In this document: positions 46,576-56,211 of the stretch, one piece after another
How the letters are laid out: each line of letters begins with the position of its first letter
How positions within the stretch are numbered: the stretch's first letter is position 1
NCBI GenBank assembly: GCA_964483315.1
Contig: CAZAAL010000001.1
Coordinates: 274,733-338,732 of the forward strand
Source: an uncultured Candidatus Saccharibacteria bacterium
GTDB taxonomy: Bacteria > Patescibacteriota > Saccharimonadia > Saccharimonadales > UBA10212
Length of the DNA: 64,000 nt
Direction: 5' to 3'
Program-made: the position numbers and the translations under genes
Notes under the pieces: generated by a model
Told to the model about the DNA's origin: nothing
The model's database searches: none
Seen by the model: the letters and a program-made list of their open reading frames with translations, nothing else

Positions 46576-47121
46576 ATGAGCACCAAGGATGGAATTAATA
46601 CAAGTCTTAAAATTATAGGAGCATTTGGGTTTGCGGGCATTGTGGTTGTTGCGCCAAATGCCGTACAAGCCTTGAATTTAATTACCAAAAAAAATAAAAA
46701 GAGTTTTGATAAAAGCCGAGTAATGACCGAGTTAAAACGACAAGGCTTGGTAATGGTAACTAGCGATGGTAAAAAAACTAAGCTTACTCTAACTCCAGCT
46801 GGAGCACATCGTTTACAAAAGTTATCAATCGATGAATTAAAAATACCAAAACCCAAAAAATGGGATAACAAATGGCGAATGGTGTCGTTTGACATTCCAG
46901 TTAGCGAAAGTAAAACAAGATCGTACTTTACTGCTCAGTTAAGAACCCTTGGGCTCGTTATGTTGCAAAAAAGCATGTGGGTGCACCCTTATGAATGCTT
47001 TAGACAAGTTTCTAAAACAGCAGATTATTATAATGTAAGACGTTATTGTAGTTTTTTTGAACTATCTAGTATTGATGAAAAAAATCTGTCAAAGCTCAAA
47101 AAGCATTTTAACTTAAAGTAA
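46576..47121 (+). CDS. PaaX-like / Cas2-fold-like putative DNA-binding regulator
   Basis: KKWDNKWRMVSFDIPVSESKTRSYFTAQLRTLGLVMLQKSMWVHP matches the W.g.W..v.fdiPe..r..R......L...Gf..lq.svwv.P pattern of PaaX-type proteins. The preceding wHTH-like region is VMTELKRQGLV. Bracketed by palindromes C, D and E. Confidence 0.58.
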   Translation: MSTKDGINTSLKIIGAFGFAGIVVVAPNAVQALNLITKKNKKSFDKSRVMTELKRQGLVMVTSDGKKTKLTLTPAGAHRLQKLSIDELKIPKPKKWDNKWRMVSFDIPVSESKTRSYFTAQLRTLGLVMLQKSMWVHPYECFRQVSKTADYYNVRRYCSFFELSSIDEKNLSKLKKHFNLK

Positions 47122-47162
47122 CTTATACATAATTGGTACATATGTACCAATTATGTATAAGT
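47121..47162. repeat. palindrome E (perfect 42 bp; A-type core with extended arms)
   Basis: ACTTATACATAATTGGTACATATGTACCAATTATGTATAAGT is its own reverse complement. It overlaps the last base of the stop codon. Confidence 0.95.
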
Positions 47163-47194
47163 TACGATGGTGGGTGGCTTAAGAATAAAATAAA

Positions 47195-47208
47195 GCTGTG
47201 GATAAGTT
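47195..47208 (+). promoter_or_regulatory. GCTGTGGATAAGTT upstream motif (DnaA-box-like)
   Basis: Read directly. Located 90 nt upstream of the ATG at 47295, with a TATAAT box at 47243-47248. Confidence 0.5.
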
Positions 47209-47294
47209 TAAAATAATAGATGTTATTTTTTTAACATAAGCGTATAATTTAGACCATGTATTATATAAAAATAAAATAGTAAAGGCTCGCAAAA

Positions 47295-48824
47295 ATGGCA
47301 AATGTAAGGATATTAAAAAACAATGGTCTAGTGCCTGGCTCAAAGACTGAGTACTATGTTGATGTTGCACTAGAAAATGGTGAAGTCAGAACAGGCTGGC
47401 GTTGGGACACTCAGAGGGATACGGTTATTAGCTCTGGTGGCGTGGAGTATGGTACTGTTACAAATTTCACAACACCTCACACCGATAGTGCTGATTCTGG
47501 CCAGAGACCAATAGAAGATACTGATAAAGACGGCAGGCCAAACAGAACTGACGCAGATGATGATGGCGATGGAGTCCCAGATGTCAGGGATGCTTTTCCT
47601 TTGGATAAGACTAAACAATATGCTGGGCCGGGTGAAGGTGCAAATATTACTTCGTCATCTCCTGAAGATAAAATAAATGCCCCAGCAGAAGGTAGGCCTA
47701 ACCCAACACCAAAGGGGGAAGTTATTGATGGTGGATCGCCCATACCTAAAAATCAAGCGGATCAAACTAATTCCAACTCAAACACAAGCAATACTGGCAA
47801 TAGTAATAATGGTGGCGGTGGTTCATTGAGCGGCCCATCTGGCCCGCCAACAGTTAATAGAGACACCGAACCAGATTCTGTGCCGGACGCAAGTTTAAAG
47901 GGCGCTACCGTACTTGGTCAAACAAATCAGGGCTGGGGAGCTGCTTCTGATTTTGCAAAATATGGTGAGCCAGGTCAGGGCAGTGACGTACAACGACCTG
48001 CAGGTACTGGTGATGATGCCACCCCCGAAATTTACACCGGTGGCGCCAAACCAACCGATAAATCATACAGCTTTACAGATAAACTTGGGCGTGAAAACAC
48101 AATTACAATTACTGAGTCAGGCGCCGTAATCCAGCAGGTAGAAGGTGGTAATCCATATCGAATTAACAGAGAAGACGCCGAAAAAGTTCTAGAAAGCAAG
48201 GGAATTGATATAAATGATAGCGTTTATACTGAACAAAATATTGGGACTCCAGTTACAGATCCAGAAGTAACCGCACAATATGGCTGGGGTGCTTCGAACG
48301 TAACCAATGAATTAATTTCACCAAATCCAAGGAAAGAGCTAACAGACAATGACACTAGATCTGCACCTACTGCTCAATCTCAGGAAACTTATGAACCTAC
48401 AAATCCTGGTTGGGGAAACGCTGGGTCATCTACAAGCTCAGATCCTCAAACCTCAGATGTATACCAACCAACAAATCCTGGTTGGGGTAATTCTGTACCT
48501 GAAGCAAAAGAGCACAATGATGCCAGAACACTGACAGGTAATCCTGGTGTGTGGGGCACAGCTGGCGGTAATCCGGATACAATTGTAGTATCTGGCACAG
48601 GCCCGACTCCCCCGGATGTTTTAAATCCTGCTCCTCAATCTCAGCCTGCACCAACTACTAAATGGGGGAACATGAACGCTGATCAAATTGAACAAGCTAT
48701 CAACAACTCTTCAGCAGGCCATTCGGCAACATTACCAAATAACCCAGATACAAACCAGCAGATATTGGATACAACGGACGGTGACTCAAATACTTATCGT
48801 CCTGGTGTCCAGCTAGATATTTAG
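47295..48824 (+). CDS. hypothetical low-complexity protein with thrombospondin-type-3-like Ca-binding repeats and GWG repeats
   Basis: DTDKDGRPNRTDADDDGDGVPDVRDAFPLD. At least six [NQ]xGWG[AN] repeats (NQGWGAAS, QYGWGASN, NPGWGNAG, NPGWGNSV, PGVWGTAG, TKWGNMN). No obvious signal peptide. Confidence 0.6.
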   Translation: MANVRILKNNGLVPGSKTEYYVDVALENGEVRTGWRWDTQRDTVISSGGVEYGTVTNFTTPHTDSADSGQRPIEDTDKDGRPNRTDADDDGDGVPDVRDAFPLDKTKQYAGPGEGANITSSSPEDKINAPAEGRPNPTPKGEVIDGGSPIPKNQADQTNSNSNTSNTGNSNNGGGGSLSGPSGPPTVNRDTEPDSVPDASLKGATVLGQTNQGWGAASDFAKYGEPGQGSDVQRPAGTGDDATPEIYTGGAKPTDKSYSFTDKLGRENTITITESGAVIQQVEGGNPYRINREDAEKVLESKGIDINDSVYTEQNIGTPVTDPEVTAQYGWGASNVTNELISPNPRKELTDNDTRSAPTAQSQETYEPTNPGWGNAGSSTSSDPQTSDVYQPTNPGWGNSVPEAKEHNDARTLTGNPGVWGTAGGNPDTIVVSGTGPTPPDVLNPAPQSQPAPTTKWGNMNADQIEQAINNSSAGHSATLPNNPDTNQQILDTTDGDSNTYRPGVQLDI

Positions 48825-50872
48825 TGATTTATGTAAATCGTGCCATCGTCAGGTAAAGACGATTGGCGTTCGGTAACTTCGCGAAGTTTGTTGTTTTCGG
48901 CCTCGAGTCTTTGCAGAGCTTTTTGGTCTTGTTCGAGCTTTTGTTGCTGAAGTTCTAAAATCTGGGCTTGCTTTATAACATCCTCTTCACTAATAACCTG
49001 CTTATCACCAAAATATTTGGCTATACCGCCAAGCTCTTCAATATTTACCAGAGCACCATCTTTCATTACATAAACTGTATCCATCAAGTCTAGCAACAAG
49101 CGCTTATGTGTAACCAATAACACAGTTTTATTTTGTAAAAATCTTGATATATTTTCTTTGATTATTTTTTCTGATTCATCATCTAGTGCCGAGGTAGGTT
49201 CATCCATTAAGACAATTGGAGCCGGCTTTACAAGCCCACGGGCAATTGCAATCCTTTGGCGCTGACCGCCACTTAAGCTTACTCCTCCTTCGGCTATAGG
49301 CATATTTACCCCCATTGGGTTTTTGTTCATAAACTCATCGACATTCGATGCTCTTAAAGCTTGAGCAAAAACTAGCTCATCGATGTTTTGGTTGCCCTGT
49401 GTGATGTTTTCGGCCAGTGTTCCACTAAATATTTGGGGCGTCTGACTAATCCAAACCATACTTTGCCTTAACTCGGCCAATGACACGGTTTGAATATCAA
49501 TACCATCAATTAAGATACGTCCTTCGGTAGGTTCAACAAATAATGGTAACAGTTTTAAGATAGTGCTTTTACCGCTACCACTAGGACCAATGATTGCAGT
49601 TTTTGTACCTCCTTGCAAAGATAGATTAATCCGGTTTACAACTAGATCATTACCATATGAGTAGCTTAGGTTCTGGAACTCTATTGCCCCATTTGTAACC
49701 ATAAAATGGTGGTCGGCTCTTACAGATTCGATCCCTTGATGATCTGTCAAAACTTCAAAGACTCTGCTGATATCTACAAATTTTTGGTTTTTGTTTGCAA
49801 ACTCAGCAACCAGTCCTTCCACCGGCCCAACCAAGTAACCCATGTAAATCATAAAAATTAACAGCTCACCTAACGTGATGGTGCCATTTAATGCAGATAT
49901 ACCACCAAAGTATAAGACTGCTGAGGTAGCCAGTATAACTACAATCCCATTGCTGAATTTATATGATCTACTCCAAATAAGACCAACTGTTGAAAGGTGC
50001 AGGTGCTTTTGCCATAACCTAACTGCTTTAGAAACCTGAATATCCTGCAGGCCATACGCCTGAACTGTCTCGGCGTTATCAATTGATTCGGTAATATTTG
50101 ATGCAATTTGGCTAGAATTTTTAGTTAGCGCCTGCGAAACCGAGTTTAAGCCAGGTCCAAAAATTTTAACTAATATAATCAAACCAGGCACAACAAAAAT
50201 CGTTAGCATTGCCAATTTTAGGTTAATACTCAATAAGATTATAAAAATACCTAAAATCAGAATAATCGATTGCGCTATGTTGGCCGTGCTACCCAATACT
50301 AATGAGGCAAGGCTGTCTGTTAGGTTGTTTTGCCTATAAATGTAATCGCCCTTAGCCAACCTATCCTTATGGAATAAAGGTAAATTAAGTAGATGCGAAA
50401 GCGAATCAACCTTTAAATTAATATTAATTTTATAGCTAAATCTCAGCACGAGTAGTTCTTTAAGTACTGTCAAAAGTGAACTGACAATAAATATTAAGCC
50501 CGATAAAATTGCTAAAAAGAACAAGAGCTCCTCAGTACCTGTATAGGGTTCTAAAAATGAAGGAGCCGGGACATTACCAAACACAGAGTCAACCATAATT
50601 TTAATTGGCCATGGTTTTAACAAAAATACGGCTGATGCCAGTAGACTGACAAATACAATTATCAAGACATAAGGGGTCGCCTTAACTCGGTAATGCCTGA
50701 TCCATTTTTTTATATCAGTCTTTGAATAAGCTCGACCATGGTTAACTAGCCAAGCATCTAAAGCTTCTTTGACTAACGGCGGAGGCCAACCCTGCTTTAT
50801 AAGTGTTTGTTCGATATATTCGGATTTTATTCCGCTTGATACGGCCTGCTCAATTGCATCGTAAACTGTCAC
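48821..50872 (-). CDS. ABC exporter (fused TMD-NBD, MsbA-like) with extra N-terminal helical domain and C-terminal coiled coil
   Basis: Walker A GPSGSGKST, LSGGQRQRIAIARG and VLMDEPTSALD. ~55-aa N-terminal soluble segment. C-terminal QILELQQQKLEQDQKALQRLEAENNKLRE. Confidence 0.88.
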   Translation of the reverse strand: MTVYDAIEQAVSSGIKSEYIEQTLIKQGWPPPLVKEALDAWLVNHGRAYSKTDIKKWIRHYRVKATPYVLIIVFVSLLASAVFLLKPWPIKIMVDSVFGNVPAPSFLEPYTGTEELLFFLAILSGLIFIVSSLLTVLKELLVLRFSYKININLKVDSLSHLLNLPLFHKDRLAKGDYIYRQNNLTDSLASLVLGSTANIAQSIILILGIFIILLSINLKLAMLTIFVVPGLIILVKIFGPGLNSVSQALTKNSSQIASNITESIDNAETVQAYGLQDIQVSKAVRLWQKHLHLSTVGLIWSRSYKFSNGIVVILATSAVLYFGGISALNGTITLGELLIFMIYMGYLVGPVEGLVAEFANKNQKFVDISRVFEVLTDHQGIESVRADHHFMVTNGAIEFQNLSYSYGNDLVVNRINLSLQGGTKTAIIGPSGSGKSTILKLLPLFVEPTEGRILIDGIDIQTVSLAELRQSMVWISQTPQIFSGTLAENITQGNQNIDELVFAQALRASNVDEFMNKNPMGVNMPIAEGGVSLSGGQRQRIAIARGLVKPAPIVLMDEPTSALDDESEKIIKENISRFLQNKTVLLVTHKRLLLDLMDTVYVMKDGALVNIEELGGIAKYFGDKQVISEEDVIKQAQILELQQQKLEQDQKALQRLEAENNKLREVTERQSSLPDDGTIYINH

Positions 50873-50959
50873 ACCACCCTCATTTACTGCTTATGATTAT
50901 AACTATTTTTTATCAAATACTCGATAGTGATTTAATGACTGTGATAAGATTGGCTAAGA

Positions 50960-52390
50960 ATGAGTCAAACCTTTTACTTTTATGATTTAGAAACTAGTGG
51001 TGTCAATGCACGAACTAGTCGAATAATGCAATTTGCTGGTCAGCGTACAAATATGGACTTACAGCCGATTGGTGAGCCAGATAATTATTTGATTAAACTC
51101 AGCAGTGATATTTTACCCGATCCGGAAGCAGTCTTAATAACCGGGATTACTCCGCAACAAACCCTGCAGGATGGACTTACAGAAGTAGAATTTTTGAAAA
51201 TATTCTACAAAGACATAGCCAAGCCAGACACAATTTTTACCGGTTTTAACAGCGTTAGGTTTGATGACGAATTTATACGATACTTAAACTATCGTAACTA
51301 CTATGATGCATACGAATGGCAGTGGCAGGAGGGTAAAACCAAATGGGATATGCTTGATGTAAGTCGTATGACAAGAGCTCTAAGACCAGATGGCATTAAA
51401 TGGCCGTTTGATAAAGATGGGCTCCCAACAAATCGACTGGAGCTATTAACCAAAGTCAATAAAATCGAACATTCATCGGCTCATGACGCTCTGCATGATG
51501 TATTCGCCACTATTGAACTAGCAAAACTTATAAAATCCAAACAACCAAAACTGTTTGATTATCTATTAAAAATTCGAACCAAAAACGAAGCATCAAAGTT
51601 GGTTGAATCTGGTAACCCCTTTATATATACTAGCGGGCGTTATAGCTCAGAAAATTTAAAAACTACAATTGCCGTAAAATTAACAGAAGCTGAAGGTAAA
51701 CAAGGGGTGCTAGTTTATGACTTAAGGCAAGACCCAAAACCATACCTTAAATTAAATATTAATGACTTAGCGGAGCGTTTTTATGTGCCAAGGGATTCCG
51801 ACTTAGGCCAACTGCCAGTAAAAGTTTTGCAGTACAACCGTTGTCCAGCAATTGCGCCAATATCGACGCTTGATAAAGATTCTCAAGCCAGATTAAAACT
51901 GGACATTAAGCAAGTGCAAAAAAACTTACAAACGCTCATATCTAATCCCGATTTTAGCGATAGATTACACGAGGCTTACCTAAACTTTTCTAAAAAAGAT
52001 AATTCGTCCAATGATTTGAATATGTTAAATGTTGATGAAAAGCTATATGACGGATTTTTTGATGACAGCGATAAAACAAAAATGCGTGTTGTTCGCGCGG
52101 CCGACAAAGAACAGTTGGCAGACCTAAACCTAGATTTTGCTGATGAGCGCCTAGGTTTGTTGTTGCCATTGTATAAAGCTAGGAACTTTCCAAAAAGCTT
52201 GAATCAAGACGAGCAAAATTTATGGCAACAGTTTTGCAAAAACAAGTTACTTGGCGATCGGCCAAGCCAGTTTGAAGTTTACTTTACAAAACTCGAAGAG
52301 ATAGCAAATCGAACTAACCTTACAGAGCAACAACGCTATTTGGTCCAAGAGCTTAATCTTTACGGAGAATCAATTCTACCTACCGACTAA
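50960..52390 (+). CDS. sbcB: exodeoxyribonuclease I
   Basis: FYFYDLETSGVN (DxE), ..FNSVRFDDEF.. and SAHDALHDV (DEDDh). Size matches ExoI. Confidence 0.88.
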   Translation: MSQTFYFYDLETSGVNARTSRIMQFAGQRTNMDLQPIGEPDNYLIKLSSDILPDPEAVLITGITPQQTLQDGLTEVEFLKIFYKDIAKPDTIFTGFNSVRFDDEFIRYLNYRNYYDAYEWQWQEGKTKWDMLDVSRMTRALRPDGIKWPFDKDGLPTNRLELLTKVNKIEHSSAHDALHDVFATIELAKLIKSKQPKLFDYLLKIRTKNEASKLVESGNPFIYTSGRYSSENLKTTIAVKLTEAEGKQGVLVYDLRQDPKPYLKLNINDLAERFYVPRDSDLGQLPVKVLQYNRCPAIAPISTLDKDSQARLKLDIKQVQKNLQTLISNPDFSDRLHEAYLNFSKKDNSSNDLNMLNVDEKLYDGFFDDSDKTKMRVVRAADKEQLADLNLDFADERLGLLLPLYKARNFPKSLNQDEQNLWQQFCKNKLLGDRPSQFEVYFTKLEEIANRTNLTEQQRYLVQELNLYGESILPTD

Positions 52391-52392
52391 GA

Positions 52393-52426
52393 ATACATAA
52401 AAATAACATATGTTATTTTTATGTAT
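52393..52426. repeat. palindrome F (perfect; ATACATAAAAATAACATATGTTATTTTTATGTAT)
   Basis: It is its own reverse complement. It lies exactly between the convergent stops at 52390 and 52429. Confidence 0.95.
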
Positions 52427-52428
52427 AT

Positions 52429-52671
52429 CTAGATTGTCAATAAATCAATTTCGATCTGTTTGTTGATCTTTGATCTATTTGTATGTATCAGATTTATAAG
52501 CACACGCCGGCTTTTGTATAGGACTATGGCCAGTAGCCATAACAGAATCACCGACCAAAAGTCGAGCGTTAATTCGGTGCCAGGGATTTGGCCTAATACT
52601 AAAAACTCCATCATTATCTTTTTATCCGTTGATTTAAAGCAAAATATACACCCAAGTTGCATATAAATCAA
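52429..52671 (-). CDS. small hypothetical membrane protein
   Basis: One or two TM helices (LDFWSVILLWLLAIVLY). The true start may be the internal MMEF (about 52614). Confidence 0.4.
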   Translation of the reverse strand: MIYMQLGCIFCFKSTDKKIMMEFLVLGQIPGTELTLDFWSVILLWLLAIVLYKSRRVLINLIHTNRSKINKQIEIDLLTI

Positions 52672-52691
52672 ATAGATTAATTAACTAATGC

Positions 52692-53297
52692 TTATATGAG
52701 TTTTTCAAACAGCTTGTAGGCTGTTGCACCGAGTGTAAGGATTAGGGTGATGCCGATTGCGCCAACAACTATGCCGATAATTGTTAGTAATATGTCCTCT
52801 AAAATAATCGATAAGCAAATTATCACAACCCCAAGAGCTGGCAGTGTATCCAGGCCTGAAAACGGCGGTGAAAAAAATGCAGCCAAACAAAAAAGTACTA
52901 TTACCAACCCAAGTAATCTTAAAAACTGCCGATTAACTACTGTGCTTGATAAACGTGGGCGAGAAAATTTTTCAAAAAATCTTATTAGCTTTATTAGTGG
53001 GATTAATGCCTTTTGCTGAAAGTTACCACCAATTTCAAGTGATTCCCAGCGTTTGGGTATCCATAGTTTTTTAAGCCCAATAATCATTCCGATCGCTATA
53101 CTTATGGCAATCGCTTCGAAAATATGGGATACGCCACCAGTTGGTATAGGCAAGGCCGGCAAGGCCATCAAAAGAAAAATAGCGATAGCAAAAGATTTTT
53201 CGGCAAAAACCTCTTCAAGGTCGCGTACCGTTTTTCGGCCATCAGATTTAAGCCAGTCTGTTAACTCTTGGCTAAAATCTTTCGGTTGTTTCATCAT
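52692..53297 (-). CDS. ExoD-family membrane protein
   Basis: The N-terminal region, then FAIAIFLLMALPALPIPTGGVSHIFEAIAI, and 4 TM helices resemble the exopolysaccharide synthesis ExoD family. Confidence 0.65.
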   Translation of the reverse strand: MMKQPKDFSQELTDWLKSDGRKTVRDLEEVFAEKSFAIAIFLLMALPALPIPTGGVSHIFEAIAISIAIGMIIGLKKLWIPKRWESLEIGGNFQQKALIPLIKLIRFFEKFSRPRLSSTVVNRQFLRLLGLVIVLFCLAAFFSPPFSGLDTLPALGVVIICLSIILEDILLTIIGIVVGAIGITLILTLGATAYKLFEKLI

Positions 53298-53365
53298 CTT
53301 ATTATACTAAGTTATCTATAGACTATGGAAAAAACAGATAAAAACGTGTATAATTTAGCGGCTTT

Positions 53366-56179
53366 ATGAGCGATGTTTTAAGTGTAAAAGGTGCTAGGGA
53401 GCACAATTTAAAGAATATTGACCTTGATATACCAAGGGGTAAATTAGTGGTGATTACTGGGCTTAGCGGTTCAGGCAAATCAAGCTTAGCGTTTGATACG
53501 ATTTATGCAGAAGGTCAAAGGCGATATGTTGAGAGTCTAAGTTCATACGCAAGACAGTTTTTGGGCTTAATGGAAAAACCCGATGTTGATCAGATCGACG
53601 GTTTAAGCCCAGCAATTTCTATCGATCAAAAATCAACAAGCCGAAATCCGCGTAGCACAGTCGCCACAGTTACCGAAATTTATGATTATTTAAGATTACT
53701 TTATGCACGCACTGGCATACCTCATTGTCCCGTTTGCGCTAAGCCAGTTAGTAGGCAGACGCAATCAGCCATAGTTGACCAAGTTGCCAGCCATGATAAA
53801 GGTGCTAGATTAGTAATTTTGGCGCCAGTAGTTGAAGATAAAAAAGGAGCTTTTGAGCATATCCCAGAACAATTTATGCGTGCAGGTTTTGCCAGAGCCA
53901 GGGTCGATGGGGTTATTTATGCGCTTGATGAGTTCCCGGAACTAGATAAAAAGTACAAACATAGTATTGAGATTGTAGTTGATAGATTAGTTAATGATGA
54001 ACCTAGTCTGGGTCGATTAAGCCAAAGCATCGAGCAGGCTCTTGATATTGCAGACGGCAAAATTATTATTGAAAACGCCGACAATCAAATTGATCATAGG
54101 TATAGTTTGCGTTATGCATGCATTGATCATCCTGAGCAACCAATACCGGAGCTTGAACCAAGAACATTTAGTTTTAACTCTCCGCACGGCGCTTGTCCAA
54201 CATGTACTGGACTTGGCAATCGCCTGGAGGTCGATCCAGAGCTCGTAGTACCAAATGGCCGTCTAACAATTGCCGAAGGTGCAATCAGGCCGTTTAACAG
54301 GGTGACTTCAGATGCATGGTATATGAAAAAAATGCAGGCTGTTGCCGATAGGCATAAATTTAGTCTTCATGTACCAACTGGGGATTTAACACAATCACAG
54401 CTTGATAAAATTTTATATGGTACGGGTGACGAAAAGTACACCATAAAGCTTGGTAGCGGTCGGTATTTTGATACAACTTATGAAGGTGTTATTCCCAACC
54501 TGGAGCGTCGACATAAAGAGACGGACAGCGACTTTATGCGTCGGGATATCGAAAGATTTATGCAGGAGAGGCCCTGTCATGCATGTGGTGGTAAGCGTTT
54601 GAAGCCCGAGGTTCTAGCTATTACGGTTAATAAAAAGTCCATTATAGATATCAGTGATTTATCTATCGATCATGCCATTGATTTTTTTAAAAACCTAAAG
54701 TTGGACACAAACTCAACAAAAATTGCCCATCAAATTCTTAAAGAGATTAATGCAAGGCTGCAGTTTCTGCAGGATGTTGGACTTAATTATTTAAATTTAT
54801 CCCGAAGCGCAGTTACATTAAGCGGTGGCGAAGCACAACGAATTAGACTTGCTACTCAGATAGGTTCTGGCTTGCAGGGAGTTTTATATGTTCTAGACGA
54901 ACCAAGTATTGGACTGCATCAACGCGACAACACCAGGCTGATTAACACTCTAAAAAACCTACGGGATTTAGGTAATACGGTCATTGTTGTAGAGCACGAT
55001 GAGGATACAATTAAAACCGCAGATTACTTAGTTGACATTGGCCCTGGTGCTGGCATCCATGGTGGCAAAGTTGTAGCAACTGGTACACCGGATCAAGTGG
55101 CTAAATCAAAAAATTCCATCACAGGCGCTTATTTAAGGGGTGATGAGTCTATCCCGACACCTAAAAAAAGACGCGTCGGTAATGGCTCAAAACTAACCAT
55201 AAAGGGTGCTAGGGAAAACAATTTAAAAAATATTGATGTAGATATCCCGCTTGGTAAATTAGTTGTAGTTAGTGGTGTATCTGGTTCGGGCAAATCAAGT
55301 TTAATAAATGATATTTTAGCTAAAGAGTTAAGTGCTAGATTAATGCGAGCCAACATGGTGCCTGGCAGACATGATGAAATTGAAGGTATCAAACAGCTTG
55401 ATAAAGCAATTGTGATTGATCAGTCACCTATTGGCAGAACTCCCAGATCTAACCCAGCAACTTATACAGGTCTGTTTACGCCAATTCGTGAATTATTTGC
55501 GGTTACACCAGAAGCTAAACTGCGTGGGTATAGCGCCGGCAGGTTTAGTTTTAATGTTAAAGGTGGTCGTTGTGAAAACTGCTCAGGCGATGGAGTTATT
55601 AAGATCGAAATGCATTTTTTACCAGACGTCTATGTTCCGTGCGAAGAGTGCAAGGGTAAACGATATAACAAAGAAGCTCTTGAAATTCACTATAAAGGTA
55701 AAACGATTAGCGATGTATTAGAAATGACCTGCGAAACAGCTCTAGAGTTTTTTGAAAACATCCCAAGCATATCTCGAAAACTCCAGACGCTTGTTGATGT
55801 AGGGCTGGGATATATAGCACTTGGCCAACCCGCCACAACATTAAGTGGCGGTGAAGCCCAGAGAGTTAAACTAGCTACGGAACTTTCAAGACGCGCTACA
55901 GGTAAAACACTTTATATCTTAGACGAGCCTACAACTGGCTTACATATGGCCGATACAAAAAAATTATTAGAGGTTCTTCACGCACTGGTTGATACTGGCA
56001 ACAGCATGATTGTAATTGAGCATAACTTGGATGTTATAAAATCGGCGGATTATATTATTGACATGGGGCCAGAAGGCGGAGAAGGCGGAGGTTTTGTTAT
56101 AGCCGAAGGAACTCCAGAACAGGTAGTAAATAACAATAAGAGCTACACCGCCCAATTCCTAAAAAAATTAATTAAGTAA
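53366..56179 (+). CDS. uvrA: excinuclease ABC subunit A
   Basis: Two ABC modules ([27 protein letters not shown]), LSGGEAQR twice and Zn-finger CxxC pairs. Confidence 0.95.
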   Translation: MSDVLSVKGAREHNLKNIDLDIPRGKLVVITGLSGSGKSSLAFDTIYAEGQRRYVESLSSYARQFLGLMEKPDVDQIDGLSPAISIDQKSTSRNPRSTVATVTEIYDYLRLLYARTGIPHCPVCAKPVSRQTQSAIVDQVASHDKGARLVILAPVVEDKKGAFEHIPEQFMRAGFARARVDGVIYALDEFPELDKKYKHSIEIVVDRLVNDEPSLGRLSQSIEQALDIADGKIIIENADNQIDHRYSLRYACIDHPEQPIPELEPRTFSFNSPHGACPTCTGLGNRLEVDPELVVPNGRLTIAEGAIRPFNRVTSDAWYMKKMQAVADRHKFSLHVPTGDLTQSQLDKILYGTGDEKYTIKLGSGRYFDTTYEGVIPNLERRHKETDSDFMRRDIERFMQERPCHACGGKRLKPEVLAITVNKKSIIDISDLSIDHAIDFFKNLKLDTNSTKIAHQILKEINARLQFLQDVGLNYLNLSRSAVTLSGGEAQRIRLATQIGSGLQGVLYVLDEPSIGLHQRDNTRLINTLKNLRDLGNTVIVVEHDEDTIKTADYLVDIGPGAGIHGGKVVATGTPDQVAKSKNSITGAYLRGDESIPTPKKRRVGNGSKLTIKGARENNLKNIDVDIPLGKLVVVSGVSGSGKSSLINDILAKELSARLMRANMVPGRHDEIEGIKQLDKAIVIDQSPIGRTPRSNPATYTGLFTPIRELFAVTPEAKLRGYSAGRFSFNVKGGRCENCSGDGVIKIEMHFLPDVYVPCEECKGKRYNKEALEIHYKGKTISDVLEMTCETALEFFENIPSISRKLQTLVDVGLGYIALGQPATTLSGGEAQRVKLATELSRRATGKTLYILDEPTTGLHMADTKKLLEVLHALVDTGNSMIVIEHNLDVIKSADYIIDMGPEGGEGGGFVIAEGTPEQVVNNNKSYTAQFLKKLIK

Positions 56180-56211
56180 TACAAAATCTTAACATATGTT
56201 AAGATTTTGTA
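56180..56211. repeat. palindrome G (perfect; TACAAAATCTTAACATATGTTAAGATTTTGTA)
   Basis: It is its own reverse complement. It starts 1 nt after the uvrA stop. It contains the stop codon and the last 3-4 codons of the convergent dedA gene. Confidence 0.95.

Noticed and set aside
29370-47205. The three perfect DnaA boxes as evidence for a replication origin.
   Set aside because: The boxes are 1.6 kb and 16 kb apart, not clustered. No dnaA, dnaN or AT-rich unwinding element lies nearby. Each sits in the promoter of a surface-protein gene.
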